From IMG/VR virus record IMGVR_UViG_3300042373_001362, positions 64,001 through 128,000 of that record: 64,000 nt of DNA; one strand, given 5' to 3'. This document shows, one piece after another, positions 47,717-57,494 of this stretch. Below the pieces are notes generated by a model. It was not told the origin of the DNA, did no database searches, and was given only the letters and a program-made list of their open reading frames with translations. This stretch comes from a virus. Numbering within the stretch: the first letter of the stretch is position 1; every line of letters starts with the position of its first letter. The position numbers were made by a program, and so were the translations under genes.

Positions 47717-49627
47717 CTACATTCCCATCAGGTCAAACAGCAGTTGTGCTGTATCTACATCATCTACGGGTGAACCACCGTCTACAGCCCTATTGACCAC
47801 GCTTCTCTTGCGTTCTATGAGGGAATAGATTTCCTCATCTATCGTGCCGTCTGTGAGTAGATAGGTAGCCACCACGCTTCCCTTCTGCCCTAATCTGTGG
47901 CATCGTGAGTATGTTTGGTCTACATCAGCAGGCGTCCACGGTAGTTCCACGAATAAGACATCTTGCGCCGATGTCAGCGTGTGACCCGTCTTGGCTGCCT
48001 GAATGGACAGCACGATAACCGGGGCTTCCTCTACCGGCAGCGTTTGGAACTTCTTCTTCTGTTCCTCTACTTCCTCAACGCTCATTCCACCCTGAATGCG
48101 TAGGTTGCCGAACTTCATTGCTAACTCATCAACAATGTCTCTGTGATGGGCAGCGATTACAACTTTCTTTCCATCTTCTATTCGCTGCTTTACCCATTCT
48201 TCTACTACGGGCATCTTTGCTCTTGCTGACAACCTTCGCAGCACAGACAAGCGAACTAAATGTTCGTTGCTTTCTGCTTTGATGCGAGCAACAACGGCAG
48301 CAGACCCTACGGGTTCTCCAAGTTCTCTCGCTATTTCCTTTGCTCTGTCAATGAGATACTGAATAATGTCTACTTCTGCTTTTTTGTATTCTTTCATCGC
48401 AGCAGCACTTCCCTCAACCAATACGGGGCTGTGGATGACAGGGGGCAGTTCCGATAGCACTTGGTCTTTTGTTCTCCTGATGTAGCAAACACCACGAAGC
48501 CGTTCGTTTAGTTCGTCAAGGTGTGAATGTCCACTGATGTTCCATTGACCGAAGCTGTCCTGAAAAGCGTTACAGTAACGCCGATAAAAGCCCCACAAAC
48601 CACCGAATTCTTTTAGTTTCCCAAGAATGTCGAGTTGTGATGCGTACTCTGACGGGCGATTAGTAACGGGTGTTCCTGTTAGACAAAGAACAATTCCGTC
48701 TTTTGGTGCGCTTTTAGCAATCTTTTGTGCGCTTTTGGTTCTCTGTGCTGTAACAGTTTTACAGTAATGGCTTTCGTCAAATACATAGGAACGATGTTTA
48801 GACAACTCTTTTTCCCATTTGGTAATGTTGCTGTATCCAACGACAACGACATCATAAGTTCCACTTTCGGGGAATTCTTTTCTGTTCGTTACAACCGAAA
48901 CTCTCCGACTAGGAAGCCAACGGGCGTATTCAGCTTGCCAATTGAGAACAAGAGAAGGTGGGCAAACAACGACTGCTGGGTAACTATCCATAACATACTC
49001 AACGGTGGCAATGGCTTGGAGAGTTTTGCCTAGACCCATTTCATCAGCAATAAAAGTTCTGCGAGCATTGGAAGCGTAAGCAACGCCTGCCCTCTGATAA
49101 GGAAGAAGTTCTGCCGTTAGTGACGGAATAGAAATCTCAGCATCTACTGAGCGAGAAGCCTCAATGAGAGCATTTAGATTATTTGTGACATTCTCTGAAC
49201 ACGACCTTAGTTCATCGGACACCTCAATGTCAAAGTATTCAGCCCACCTGATGACATCATTCGCCGATGTCAACGGGGCCCTCCACGCCTTCTTGGTTGC
49301 GTTCCAAGTGATAGACGGTATTTTCTTGACGCTGTTGATGACTACCTTCTCATACGGGAATGTAATAAAAATCCAATCGCCTTCTAGCCAAATGGAATTG
49401 ACAGCTTTCCTAACCGGTGGGGTGATTAGCAGTATCTCTGTATCAACCTCTATGTCGTGCTTTATTGCGAAAGCTCTTGCTTCGGACATAGAGGTAACCG
49501 GAACTCTCCATACCTTTGAGACCTTGTCCCATTTAGCCCCTGCGATTTTTTTGACCTCATCAACTTGGTCTTTGTCGTAGGGAAAATCGAGAATTATTTG
49601 GTCGTCTACAAGTCTTGCCGTGCTCAT
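47717..49627 (-). CDS. SNF2-family helicase with two N-terminal HARP-like domains (SMARCAL1-like)
   Basis: F.Y....V...K.I....W....K.W twice; LLPYQ, IADEMGLGKT, DESH, LTGTP..N, RRTK..VL.ELP, ELPWTP....Q...RCHRLGQ. Confidence 0.9.
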   Translation of the reverse strand: MSTARLVDDQIILDFPYDKDQVDEVKKIAGAKWDKVSKVWRVPVTSMSEARAFAIKHDIEVDTEILLITPPVRKAVNSIWLEGDWIFITFPYEKVVINSVKKIPSITWNATKKAWRAPLTSANDVIRWAEYFDIEVSDELRSCSENVTNNLNALIEASRSVDAEISIPSLTAELLPYQRAGVAYASNARRTFIADEMGLGKTLQAIATVEYVMDSYPAVVVCPPSLVLNWQAEYARWLPSRRVSVVTNRKEFPESGTYDVVVVGYSNITKWEKELSKHRSYVFDESHYCKTVTAQRTKSAQKIAKSAPKDGIVLCLTGTPVTNRPSEYASQLDILGKLKEFGGLWGFYRRYCNAFQDSFGQWNISGHSHLDELNERLRGVCYIRRTKDQVLSELPPVIHSPVLVEGSAAAMKEYKKAEVDIIQYLIDRAKEIARELGEPVGSAAVVARIKAESNEHLVRLSVLRRLSARAKMPVVEEWVKQRIEDGKKVVIAAHHRDIVDELAMKFGNLRIQGGMSVEEVEEQKKKFQTLPVEEAPVIVLSIQAAKTGHTLTSAQDVLFVELPWTPADVDQTYSRCHRLGQKGSVVATYLLTDGTIDEEIYSLIERKRSVVNRAVDGGSPVDDVDTAQLLFDLMGM

Positions 49628-49663
49628 TGCTATTATTCTACTCTCTGAAACAAAGGAGAGCGA

Positions 49664-49912
49664 ATGCCCTTAGAACAAGAACCAACGGTAGAAAGTCTCA
49701 GCAAGAGAATTGACGAGCTCGAGCAAATCGTCAAGCAACTCAAGACAACTATCGAGAGAATGGAAAGCTCTACAAAGAAGCTTCCGGTAATTCCACAAAT
49801 TTCTATTCCCGGCTCACTTGGTGACAACACTCTGTCTATTGGCAAAAGACAAGCGACACTCCACGAGAACGAGCAACGCCTAGCGTGGGAACGAGCAACC
49901 GGGGCTCAGTAG
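49664..49912 (+). CDS. Coiled-coil hypothetical protein
   Basis: 82 aa, SD AAGGAG. Confidence 0.55.
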   Translation: MPLEQEPTVESLSKRIDELEQIVKQLKTTIERMESSTKKLPVIPQISIPGSLGDNTLSIGKRQATLHENEQRLAWERATGAQ

Positions 49913-49983
49913 AAAGTAGAGTGCCACAGAACTAGGGGAACAGCGACGAAAACCCTAGCCCTGTGGCAGACCGAACTCTATCA

Positions 49984-50499
49984 TTAGCAGATAGAGAAAC
50001 CCCCACACTCTGAGAGAAACTCAGCAAACTGCGAGACATTCTCAACATTGAACGGATAGTGCGAAGCCCACGATTCTTTTGTGCCCACTCCGTCACAAGC
50101 GTTACACCAACCGTGTGTGCGACCTGTAAGAATCTGAACCTCTACCGATAGTTCACGCTCAGGATGTCCAGACTCAATGCCTAGTGCGTCTCTGCGTATT
50201 CCAGTCGCTTCACACAAAGCGCAATCCTCACGGGGAAGGTTTGCTATGTATTCGTAGTAAGACTGCTGATGAGCAAGAGCCCCACCATTTTCTATTTCCT
50301 CACGGAGAATGTTTGCCAACTCCAATGAGCCTTCCTCATCTAGTCCTTCTCCGTCATTGGTATGACCACTCACTTCACTACATAGGTGAGGTGCGACTAT
50401 TTCGCAATAATCCCACAGTGGTCGCCACCACCAAACATTGTTACGAAAATACTCACCCTTCTCGCTTGAAGGATTCTGTCCGTAAACATCCATACCCAT
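49984..50499 (-). CDS. Conserved phage protein with a DnaJ-like CxxCxxTG zinc finger
   Basis: MGMDVYG, GEYFRNNVWWWRPLW, CALCEATG, CNACDGVG, F..FL..CGGF.I. Driven by the motif at 50564 through a short leader. Confidence 0.75.
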   Translation of the reverse strand: MGMDVYGQNPSSEKGEYFRNNVWWWRPLWDYCEIVAPHLCSEVSGHTNDGEGLDEEGSLELANILREEIENGGALAHQQSYYEYIANLPREDCALCEATGIRRDALGIESGHPERELSVEVQILTGRTHGWCNACDGVGTKESWASHYPFNVENVSQFAEFLSECGGFSIC

Positions 50500-50653
50500 A
50501 GTCGCTTTTCCTCTCGGCTCGCTTGTTTCTCTCAACATTATCTCAACCCACCCTCAACCGACAAATCTTTATCTGTGAGGCGGGGCTCACAGATAAAGAA
50601 GCACTCAGTGTCGGGGGGTGACACTGAGTGCTTACTGGAGAGAATTGCTGGGG

Positions 50654-50806
50654 CTAAACGCCCTTGGCGATGAGCAGGTCTATCAAGACGACGAGACGCT
50701 GGGCGTCCATCTCGCTCTTTGTGATTCTGCCACGCTTGAGCTGGTCGTCCAACTTCTCCAACTGGAGAAGGGCTTGTTCTATTGGGGATGTCGCTGTTGT
50801 TTCCAT
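50654..50806 (-). CDS. Leaderless 50 aa SHOCT-like microprotein (not in the ORF track)
   Basis: METTATSPIEQALLQLEKLDDQLKRGRITKSEMDAQRLVVLIDLLIAKGV; ATG at motif+36. Confidence 0.75.
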   Translation of the reverse strand: METTATSPIEQALLQLEKLDDQLKRGRITKSEMDAQRLVVLIDLLIAKGV

Positions 50807-50842
50807 AAGAACAGCCTAGCATCACCCACCCCAGGCCGACAA

Positions 50843-50858
50843 TGTTTCACGTGAAACA
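50843..50858. promoter_or_regulatory. parS: parS centromere-like site
   Basis: Perfect TGTTTCACGTGAAACA. Confidence 0.85.
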
Positions 50859-50924
50859 TTTTGCCCGACAAGAGCCCCGATGGCTAACTTGTCGGGCAAG
50901 GGTGGGTCGGAGTAAGGTGGAGGT

Positions 50925-51089
50925 ATGAACACGGCACCAGAAAAACTGACCAACCACCAAATGCTCAACAAGATTGAGGAAGTGATGAACTCCTTCGAGC
51001 ATCGCCAAGACTGGAGCGACACGGACAGGAAGGTCTTCCTCAGCCTCCACGAGGCTTGGAAGGCACTCGCTGAAGCAGTCGCCCTCTAG
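50925..51089 (+). CDS. Leaderless 54 aa microprotein (not in the ORF track)
   Basis: MNTAPEKLTNHQMLNKIEEVM...; ATG at motif+36. Confidence 0.75.
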   Translation: MNTAPEKLTNHQMLNKIEEVMNSFEHRQDWSDTDRKVFLSLHEAWKALAEAVAL

Positions 51090-51201
51090 GAAGTGAACGC
51101 CCCTCCAGTGGGGGCGTTCTTTCTACGCAAGCCCCGTTTGCGTAGAAAGAACGCTTGTGGCTGATTTGTCGGCTAAGGGTGGGTCGGTGTAAGGTTTGGG
51201 T

Positions 51202-51510
51202 ATGGAAACAACAGCGACAACAAAAGCAGCAATCATCGCAGAGTGGTACGACAACCGCTTCGGTGCGGAAGTGTTCGGAGCACTCATCAACATTCTCCGT
51301 CTCGCAGGAGCAACGGAGTTCACAATCCCAACCGCTTGGCTTGACTTTCAGCCCAACGGTCGGGAAGGCGAGATTGCTTTCCGCTTCGCCCACACGCTCT
51401 CTTGGGAGAACGGTGAGACAGCACCAGTCATCAAGGCTCTCCGTGAAGTAGCCCGTATCAAGTCGGTGGATTGGGACACAGACGCTCCGAGAGATTGGGA
51501 CTACGACTAG
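51202..51510 (+). CDS. Leaderless hypothetical protein (METTAT...)
   Basis: ATG at motif+36. Confidence 0.8.
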   Translation: METTATTKAAIIAEWYDNRFGAEVFGALINILRLAGATEFTIPTAWLDFQPNGREGEIAFRFAHTLSWENGETAPVIKALREVARIKSVDWDTDAPRDWDYD

Positions 51511-51553
51511 TCCCAACTTGTCGGCTAAGGGTGGGGTGAACTAAGGTATGGGT

Positions 51554-51751
51554 ATGACATCAACAGCGAAATGGATTAGCGAACTCCCAACAGTAGAGGA
51601 GTGCGACAAGGAGATTGCTCGCCTCTCTTACTGGCTGGAAACAAAGCGATACGAGATGAGCGCACGAGAGGCAGTTGCCCTCGCTGACCGTATTCGGACT
51701 TGGGAGAAAAAGCGCATTTGGGCGAGACGCTACGGAAAGTGTGACTACTGA
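51554..51751 (+). CDS. Leaderless hypothetical protein
   Basis: ATG at motif+36. Confidence 0.75.
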   Translation: MTSTAKWISELPTVEECDKEIARLSYWLETKRYEMSAREAVALADRIRTWEKKRIWARRYGKCDY

Positions 51752-51927
51752 TGAAGAAGTACAGCGCAACAATCTCTCTGTTCATTGACGAGTTTGAGGC
51801 AGAGGACAGAGAGAGTGCTAGGGCGATTGTCGGCAAATACATTGACCACCTCATTGACATTTGTGAGGTCAATGAGGGCGAACTCACTTGGGGTGGGGTA
51901 GACGAGTCAATAGAAGAAGAACAGTAA
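51751..51927 (+). CDS. 58 aa acidic microprotein
   Basis: TGATG coupling; MKKYSATISLFIDEFEAEDRE... Confidence 0.6.
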   Translation: MKKYSATISLFIDEFEAEDRESARAIVGKYIDHLIDICEVNEGELTWGGVDESIEEEQ

Positions 51928-51943
51928 GAGAGACGGGGCTCTC

Positions 51944-52090
51944 TTACTTCTTTTTCTTTATCGTGTAGCCGTTTGCTTTGAGGTCTTTGACTATCCGTTC
52001 TGGAATGCCACCCCAAATGGGGATACCAGAAGAGGCCAGTGAGCGAGCGATAATGTCAAGCTTTTTCTTACGGTGGAGTTGTCTGAACAT
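51944..52090 (-). CDS. 48 aa basic microprotein
   Basis: MFRQLHRKKKLDIIARSLASSGIPIWGGIPERIVKDLKANGYTIKKKK. Confidence 0.5.
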   Translation of the reverse strand: MFRQLHRKKKLDIIARSLASSGIPIWGGIPERIVKDLKANGYTIKKKK

Positions 52091-52145
52091 TCTGAAAGCA
52101 TACAACGATTTGTCGGCCTGGGGTGGGGTGGACTAAGATTTAGGT

Positions 52146-52325
52146 ATGGACAGCGACAAAGACCTGATGGAACTACTGGAACAGATAGAGAAGATTATGC
52201 GCCCACTGGCCGAGTGCTGTGGGAAAATCCCACAAGGCGTATGGTTAGAGCGCACCTACTGCGTTTACTGCGAGATGAGTGCCGAGTGGTGCCAGTGTGA
52301 TGTGTCCGACTTCTGCGACTGCTAG
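52146..52325 (+). CDS. Leaderless 59 aa Cys-rich microprotein (not in the ORF track)
   Basis: MDSDKDLMELLEQ...ECCG...YCVYC...WCQC...FCDC; ATG at motif+36. Confidence 0.75.
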   Translation: MDSDKDLMELLEQIEKIMRPLAECCGKIPQGVWLERTYCVYCEMSAEWCQCDVSDFCDC

Positions 52326-52427
52326 CAATCGGCCAGACATCTGACGGCCTTGCTACGCAGGCACGAGGCCGGGGCTACGTGCCTGCGTGATTTGTCGGTC
52401 GAGGGTGGGTCGGAGTAATGTGTGTGT

Positions 52428-52745
52428 ATGGAAACAAACAGCACATACCCAACACCCGAAGCCCAAGCAGTAGCCGAAGGCACAACCGTTCACGAGAGTG
52501 GAGCAATCTCTCTCGACAACCCAGCAAGCATTGAGCACTTGCGTTTCGTGAGCGCAATCAGCGCACTCTCACTCGAAGCAAAGACGGGAATGAAAATGAC
52601 CCGAGTCCCAATGACACGCTTTTGCCGTGAGAACTACGGAACAACGAAGCGCACCCTGAAGGGTTGCTTGCGTGAGATGCTCGACCTCTACAAAGAGGTG
52701 TACGGGCGTGAGAGCGAGTTTGAGAAGTCCTACAGCCAACTGTAG
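52428..52745 (+). CDS. Leaderless hypothetical protein
   Basis: ATG at motif+36. Confidence 0.8.
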   Translation: METNSTYPTPEAQAVAEGTTVHESGAISLDNPASIEHLRFVSAISALSLEAKTGMKMTRVPMTRFCRENYGTTKRTLKGCLREMLDLYKEVYGRESEFEKSYSQL

Positions 52746-52846
52746 AACTCTCGACCACAGGAACGGCAGCCTGTGGTCGACAAACCCCCTGAGCCCCGGC
52801 TATTGGGGGTTTGTCGGTTTGGGGTGGGTACTGATAAAGTGGAATC

Positions 52847-53086
52847 GTGAACAGCAAGCCAAACTCAATTTTTGACATTTTCGTAGACGGTTGCGAATGC
52901 GACAACTGCCAAGAGAAAGTGTCAAAGCCAGACCTATTCGCCAACATCATCACGGTCAATGGAAAAAGCTCCATTCAGGTGTTCAACAGCGATTACAAGC
53001 ATTTAGAAGCAGTCAAGTACTCAAGCATCTTTGATGCTATGGCAGTCATTAGAGAGAACGGTCTAACGCTCCTAGCGTCAATCTGA
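52847..53086 (+). CDS. Leaderless hypothetical protein (CECDNC)
   Basis: GTG at motif+36. Confidence 0.75.
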   Translation: MNSKPNSIFDIFVDGCECDNCQEKVSKPDLFANIITVNGKSSIQVFNSDYKHLEAVKYSSIFDAMAVIRENGLTLLASI

Positions 53087-53298
53087 TGACATACAACGAG
53101 TTTCTATTCCACTTCATCAAGAGCCTCCCCAATGACGGAGAGACGCGCATTGGACAGCACTACTTCAACACGCTCAACGAAGTACGGCCAGAAATAGCCA
53201 AGAGAATCAGAGCGATGAAGATTGACCCGTTCTATTTGAACTCAGTCCCCGAAGAAACGGAAAAGGTGGTACGGGGCTTATGGGAGCAGAAGCTGTGA
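53086..53298 (+). CDS. Conserved small phage protein (R.GQ.YFN.L...RP.IA......DPFY)
   Basis: TGATG coupling. Confidence 0.7.
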   Translation: MTYNEFLFHFIKSLPNDGETRIGQHYFNTLNEVRPEIAKRIRAMKIDPFYLNSVPEETEKVVRGLWEQKL

Positions 53299-53336
53299 AC
53301 TTGTCGGTTTGGGGTGGGGTGAACTAATCTGTGTGT

Positions 53337-53465
53337 ATGGACAGCGATTACCAAAACGAATACCAAGACCATTGCGAAGACCTCGCAAACTCTTTCCTCT
53401 GTGACACGGCAGAACCAAAAGAACAGCCCGATTACGGAGACATTGAGAGCGATGGAGTTTTCTAA
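53337..53465 (+). CDS. Leaderless 42 aa acidic microprotein
   Basis: MDSDYQNEYQDHCEDLANSF...; ATG at motif+36. Confidence 0.7.
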   Translation: MDSDYQNEYQDHCEDLANSFLCDTAEPKEQPDYGDIESDGVF

Positions 53466-53818
53466 TGGGAGTATTTGAGCAAGCACAAGAAGAGATGTGG
53501 AGAAACGCCGTGAGCGTTCGCATCTCACCGATTGACCTTCCCGATGAACCAATGAGCGAATGGATGTGGGATGTTGAGATTGTCGTTCCAAATAATCAGT
53601 GGGAGAACTCTGATGAAGATGGGAACTTCACGATTGAGCAATGTGGCATTGACTCTTTTCATTCGCTTGAGTCAGCTTTTGAGTGGGCGTACAAGTGGCT
53701 CAAGGGTCGTGGCTATGATGTCTCCAACATTGAACTTTCATTGACCTCAATGGTGGGCAGTGGGATTACTCACAACAACGATTTACAAAAAGTTATGGAA
53801 GCGAGAACAAATGCTTGA
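53465..53818 (+). CDS. Acidic hypothetical protein
   Basis: TAATG coupling. Confidence 0.65.
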   Translation: MGVFEQAQEEMWRNAVSVRISPIDLPDEPMSEWMWDVEIVVPNNQWENSDEDGNFTIEQCGIDSFHSLESAFEWAYKWLKGRGYDVSNIELSLTSMVGSGITHNNDLQKVMEARTNA

Positions 53819-54191
53819 GGCATTGCCAAAGGAATGTAGTGAGTGCGGGGCTCACTACCCATCACACCAGCAAGAAGGTCGCTTTATTGACTACGGGTGG
53901 TCTTTCAACTACCTCACTCTCGGTCACTACGGAGGATTTACCGATTGCGTTCCCGACAGGGGAGATGATTGGGATGATGAGAAATACATTGTCCACCTTT
54001 GCCACGATTGCTGTCTGAAACTAATACGGGCATTGCCTAGTGTCTTTAGAAAAGCTCTCGGTGACTTAGGTTGTCATCCAGGCAATGTCGGACAGCCAGC
54101 GTGCTGTGAGTATGCGTGGACAACAGACAATTCAGGCTTTCACTACAGAGGGTCGGCTGATGGCTCTTGGACTTTGGTTGGTAAGGACTGA
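53811..54191 (+). CDS. Zn-finger hypothetical protein (CSEC...LCHDC)
   Basis: Overlaps the upstream stop codon. Confidence 0.65.
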   Translation: MLEALPKECSECGAHYPSHQQEGRFIDYGWSFNYLTLGHYGGFTDCVPDRGDDWDDEKYIVHLCHDCCLKLIRALPSVFRKALGDLGCHPGNVGQPACCEYAWTTDNSGFHYRGSADGSWTLVGKD

Positions 54192-54506
54192 TGTACCATT
54201 GAGTACATGAGTGAAGAGCAACAGCCAAAAGAACAGCCACAAAAAGCTGAGAAAAAAGTTACCGAGGTGAACATCACCAAGCCCCGTCCCGGGAAGCTAA
54301 GGACAACAGTTATTCGGAAGGTTTGTTGCCGTCGCGGAAGATAAGCCACTGTCCGTAGCAAGAGTTGAGAACAGCGCACAAAATAAGAATTATCGCTAAT
54401 ACTGTCCCTACAAAGAAAGACATGTAAGCGATAACAAGACTCAATCCAATGTGAAGCAACCCCTTCATGACGGGGTCTTCAGGAATCCATCTATCAATAA
54501 CTGAAA

Positions 54507-54746
54507 TCAGCTTTTCCAATGGTTTCTCCACTGACTAGGTGAATGACCTTCCTCAGCCTCTGCTTTATCTTCCGGAGATTCATAAAGACGAATGGCGTGG
54601 ATACATGGGTCTCCACCTTCTTCCCACATTTCTTCTTCTGCTTTTGTCTGTGGCAATCCGTCATGGGTTTCGCAAAGAGGTGGTGAACACCAACCTTGTT
54701 GCATGCCATAGGTAATCCATTCGTCAAAGTTGTTTATCTCGGCCAT
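54507..54746 (-). CDS. Conserved small actinophage-type protein (W..YG...GW..P..C.THDG.P)
   Basis: 79 aa. Confidence 0.65.
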   Translation of the reverse strand: MAEINNFDEWITYGMQQGWCSPPLCETHDGLPQTKAEEEMWEEGGDPCIHAIRLYESPEDKAEAEEGHSPSQWRNHWKS

Positions 54747-54755
54747 GTCTAATCC

Positions 54756-54962
54756 TTAGAAAAGTGTTGGGTCATTGTCTACGCCGTCTTTGACGCAGTA
54801 CTCATGAATGTATCGGAAATCTTCTGTAATTATTGAATGGACGCTTCTGCCTTTTCCCTTCAACCAAACCGTAGCTTGCCGGACGACAGTGCTCGAGTTT
54901 CTATCTAAGGGATGGCCACACTTCTCACAATAATAAAGCGATGGCATTTTCATGGTTCGCAT
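54756..54962 (-). CDS. Small Zn-finger protein (CEKC...HEYC)
   Basis: 68 aa. Confidence 0.55.
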   Translation of the reverse strand: MRTMKMPSLYYCEKCGHPLDRNSSTVVRQATVWLKGKGRSVHSIITEDFRYIHEYCVKDGVDNDPTLF

Positions 54963-55088
54963 CTTATAGGAATAGCCCCGCTATTCCTACACACAGGGAG
55001 AAGGGCGAAACTTGTCGGCTAAGGGTGGGGTCTTGCTAAACTGGCAAAGCCGAAAGGCACACAGCGAAAAACAGCGAAAGGAAAAGCA

Positions 55089-55442
55089 GTGGCACTTACA
55101 GCACAGGAACTTGCGAAGCTCCCGATTTGGGAAGCAGAAGCGTTCGGGCGTTGGCTCGCAGGCGAAGCGTTTGATGACGGTTCTGACGATTATTACGATT
55201 CTTCCGAGGGAGAACTTTACGCCGAGTTCGTCTCATCTTGGGTTTCGGGTGGAGGTCTTTACTCTGACGCCTCTCGGGCGTGGAATTCAGGTATCGCTCA
55301 CCGTAACGGTTACGCTTCAGCTCCCGAGGGAGATTACGAGGAACGCCCTGATTGGCTTCCTCGTTACGGCACCCCTGAATGGGAAGCTTACGAGCTTGCG
55401 ATGGACGCACGAGATTACATGGAAGAAATGCGAGGTTATTAG
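55089..55442 (+). CDS. Very acidic hypothetical protein
   Basis: Downstream of the motif at 55012, with a short leader and SD. Confidence 0.7.
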   Translation: MALTAQELAKLPIWEAEAFGRWLAGEAFDDGSDDYYDSSEGELYAEFVSSWVSGGGLYSDASRAWNSGIAHRNGYASAPEGDYEERPDWLPRYGTPEWEAYELAMDARDYMEEMRGY

Positions 55443-55443
55443 G

Positions 55444-55626
55444 ATGCGAGCGATTCACAACACACCAATTCCCGACGAGCAAGAGTTCCCTATCCCCGAC
55501 GATTGCGTTTGCGACGGTGACGAGCTTTGCGAAGCTTGTCAGCGTGTCATCGCCGACGACCTGCGTCAGCAGGAGGAAGAGGAGGCGGGGCTCCTCTTGT
55601 ACTTGTCGGTTGAGGGTGGGGACTAA
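55444..55626 (+). CDS. Acidic Cys-rich microprotein whose 3' end reads through the next hairpin and promoter
   Basis: MRAIHNTP...DCVCDGDELCEAC... Confidence 0.55.
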   Translation: MRAIHNTPIPDEQEFPIPDDCVCDGDELCEACQRVIADDLRQQEEEEAGLLLYLSVEGGD

Positions 55627-55638
55627 TAAAATTAGGTC

Positions 55639-55842
55639 ATGCTGATAACGACATATTGCAAAAACGAAAAGTGCGCTGAATTTGAGAACGACTTTGACGA
55701 CCAAGAAGTTGATTTAGACGGCGATTACACACTCAAGGATTGGGTTGAGTACGAATGGGATTGCCCAGAGTGTGGAGAGACCAGCACCCACTATGAGCAA
55801 GCGAAAGACCTGCATCATGGTTATTGGTCAGATGACTACTAA
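55639..55842 (+). CDS. Leaderless acidic Zn-ribbon microprotein
   Basis: ATG at motif+36; CKNEKC...WDCPECG. Confidence 0.75.
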   Translation: MLITTYCKNEKCAEFENDFDDQEVDLDGDYTLKDWVEYEWDCPECGETSTHYEQAKDLHHGYWSDDY

Positions 55843-55904
55843 CCGATAACGCAATGCTTGTTGCGCTATCTAAAGGTATAGACGGGGCTATACCTTTAGA
55901 TAGA

Positions 55905-56216
55905 TTATCGCAGAGCTTCTTTTCCTTCTTCAGTGATTTCGCAAACCTGCATCGCCGAACCGGCCGAAGAAGGTCGAGTTTCACCGGTAGGAACAATCAA
56001 GCCGTTAGCACGAAGTTCTGAGCACCTCTTCCAATAGCAACACTTTGGCTTCGAAGCAAGTCCAGTGGCTATGCCAGCTTCCTCATCAGTTAGACCACCG
56101 TGTAAATATTCAGCAAGTAACAGCATCGCTTGTGAGCGTTTACGAGGCTTGACATCTTCAGCACCCATCGCCGAAGTGGCCGGGTCTGCACTACGAAACA
56201 TTGGTAAGTCGTTCAT
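55905..56216 (-). CDS. Winged-helix protein (R..DP.TS...GLTDEE...KRCSELR..GLI..TG.TR)
   Basis: Motif common in actinophage small HTH proteins. Confidence 0.7.
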   Translation of the reverse strand: MNDLPMFRSADPATSAMGAEDVKPRKRSQAMLLLAEYLHGGLTDEEAGIATGLASKPKCCYWKRCSELRANGLIVPTGETRPSSAGSAMQVCEITEEGKEALR

Positions 56217-56480
56217 AAGTTTCCTTCTATTTGTTTTCAAGTCTAAACATTATGCCAAGCGTTTGAACATCTGTCAATCTCACCACTACGGGAGCCCCGC
56301 CCCCGTAGTGGTGAGATTTGTCGGCTAGGGGTGGGTCGTGATAAGTTGTTTACAGACAAGGAAGTAAGCCAAGTCGGTGGGGAAGCCTAGAAAGCACCAC
56401 ATTGTTGAAGCCGAGAGGTGGAGATGTGAATGACGGTGTAGCCCACATAAAAACCACCCAATAACAGCGAAAGAGAAAAA

Positions 56481-56597
56481 ATGGGATACGACTACGATTA
56501 CGACTGGGACGACCGAGACGAACTCGCAGGTCATCACGCCGCAGGCGCAGCCGAGGCACGAGCTGAGGACGAGCTGGACTGGGAAGAGGAGGAATAA
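56481..56597 (+). CDS. 38 aa highly acidic micropeptide
   Basis: MGYDYDYDWDDRDELAGHHAAGAAEARAEDELDWEEEE. Confidence 0.55.
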   Translation: MGYDYDYDWDDRDELAGHHAAGAAEARAEDELDWEEEE

Positions 56598-56716
56598 CCA
56601 GTCCCCTACGGGCGTAGCCCCGGCTTACCCCGTAGGGGTGATTTGTCGGTTAGGGGTTGTCTTTGCGAGAATGTAGGAGTGAACTCCATTGGGGGGTTCA
56701 GGAAGGAACAGCGATT

Positions 56717-56980
56717 ATGTGTCAATGTGAAGACCGACCCTGTTGTGGTCACCCAGCAGAGGAACTTGCTGATGCTCGTTATTGGGCAGAGCGTGAGTAT
56801 TACGGCGATGATTATGACCGTGATTACGACGAATACGACGGAAGCGACGAACGCTGTGAGGGCTGTGGGGGAACATTTGATGACCCTGAAGACGACGAAG
56901 CGTGTCTCTGTCGTGGCACCGATGGCTCTTGGGGGCGTGAAGACTCTGCTCTTGAGTCGTCCATTTTCGGAGATTGCTAG
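56717..56980 (+). CDS. Highly acidic Cys-rich microprotein (CEDRPCCGH)
   Basis: SD AGGAAGG, downstream of the motif at 56643. Confidence 0.7.
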   Translation: MCQCEDRPCCGHPAEELADARYWAEREYYGDDYDRDYDEYDGSDERCEGCGGTFDDPEDDEACLCRGTDGSWGREDSALESSIFGDC

Positions 56981-57194
56981 ATAGGCTCTAGACAGTTGTA
57001 GGGGGTGGGTGTCCTGGATATTCGCCCACCCCCTAACAACCTCTCACCATTTGCGGTGGGGCGATGCGGTCTTTGGGGCAACCACATAGTCAAGACCCTA
57101 ACAGCAGCGGGGCTGCTGTAGTGAAAGAATCCGAGCTGATAAATAATTCTGATTAGTTCTGACATTGTTTGACGCAAGGTCACTTCTATTAGGT

Positions 57195-57494
57195 ATGACG
57201 GCACTTATCCCTTCACCATCTGCTTACCATTCCAAGTCCCCTGATGAGTGGACACCACGAGACCTCTTTGAGCGTGAGGTGGATTGGTATTGTCAAGGCC
57301 ATAGCCGTGTTCGCTACCGTTCTAAGGAATGGATTGAGTTCACAGAACGCTTTGTACCGTATTGTGAAGATTGGAACGGCTGTTGGGTTGCTGAGGAAGC
57401 GTGGCGTGAGTTCACGCTCTATCTAACTCTCCCTGAAGGCGAGTACTACCCTGATGAATACCCTGAGGGGTGGCACTTCAGACGAGGCTATTAG
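57195..57494 (+). CDS. Trp/Tyr-rich hypothetical protein
   Basis: 99 aa. Confidence 0.6.
   Translation: MTALIPSPSAYHSKSPDEWTPRDLFEREVDWYCQGHSRVRYRSKEWIEFTERFVPYCEDWNGCWVAEEAWREFTLYLTLPEGEYYPDEYPEGWHFRRGY

Noticed and set aside
51826-51900. TTGTCGG and TGGGGTGGGG inside ORF 51751-51927 as another promoter
   Set aside because: The two halves are ~55 nt apart rather than 4 nt, and there is no -10 at the right distance.
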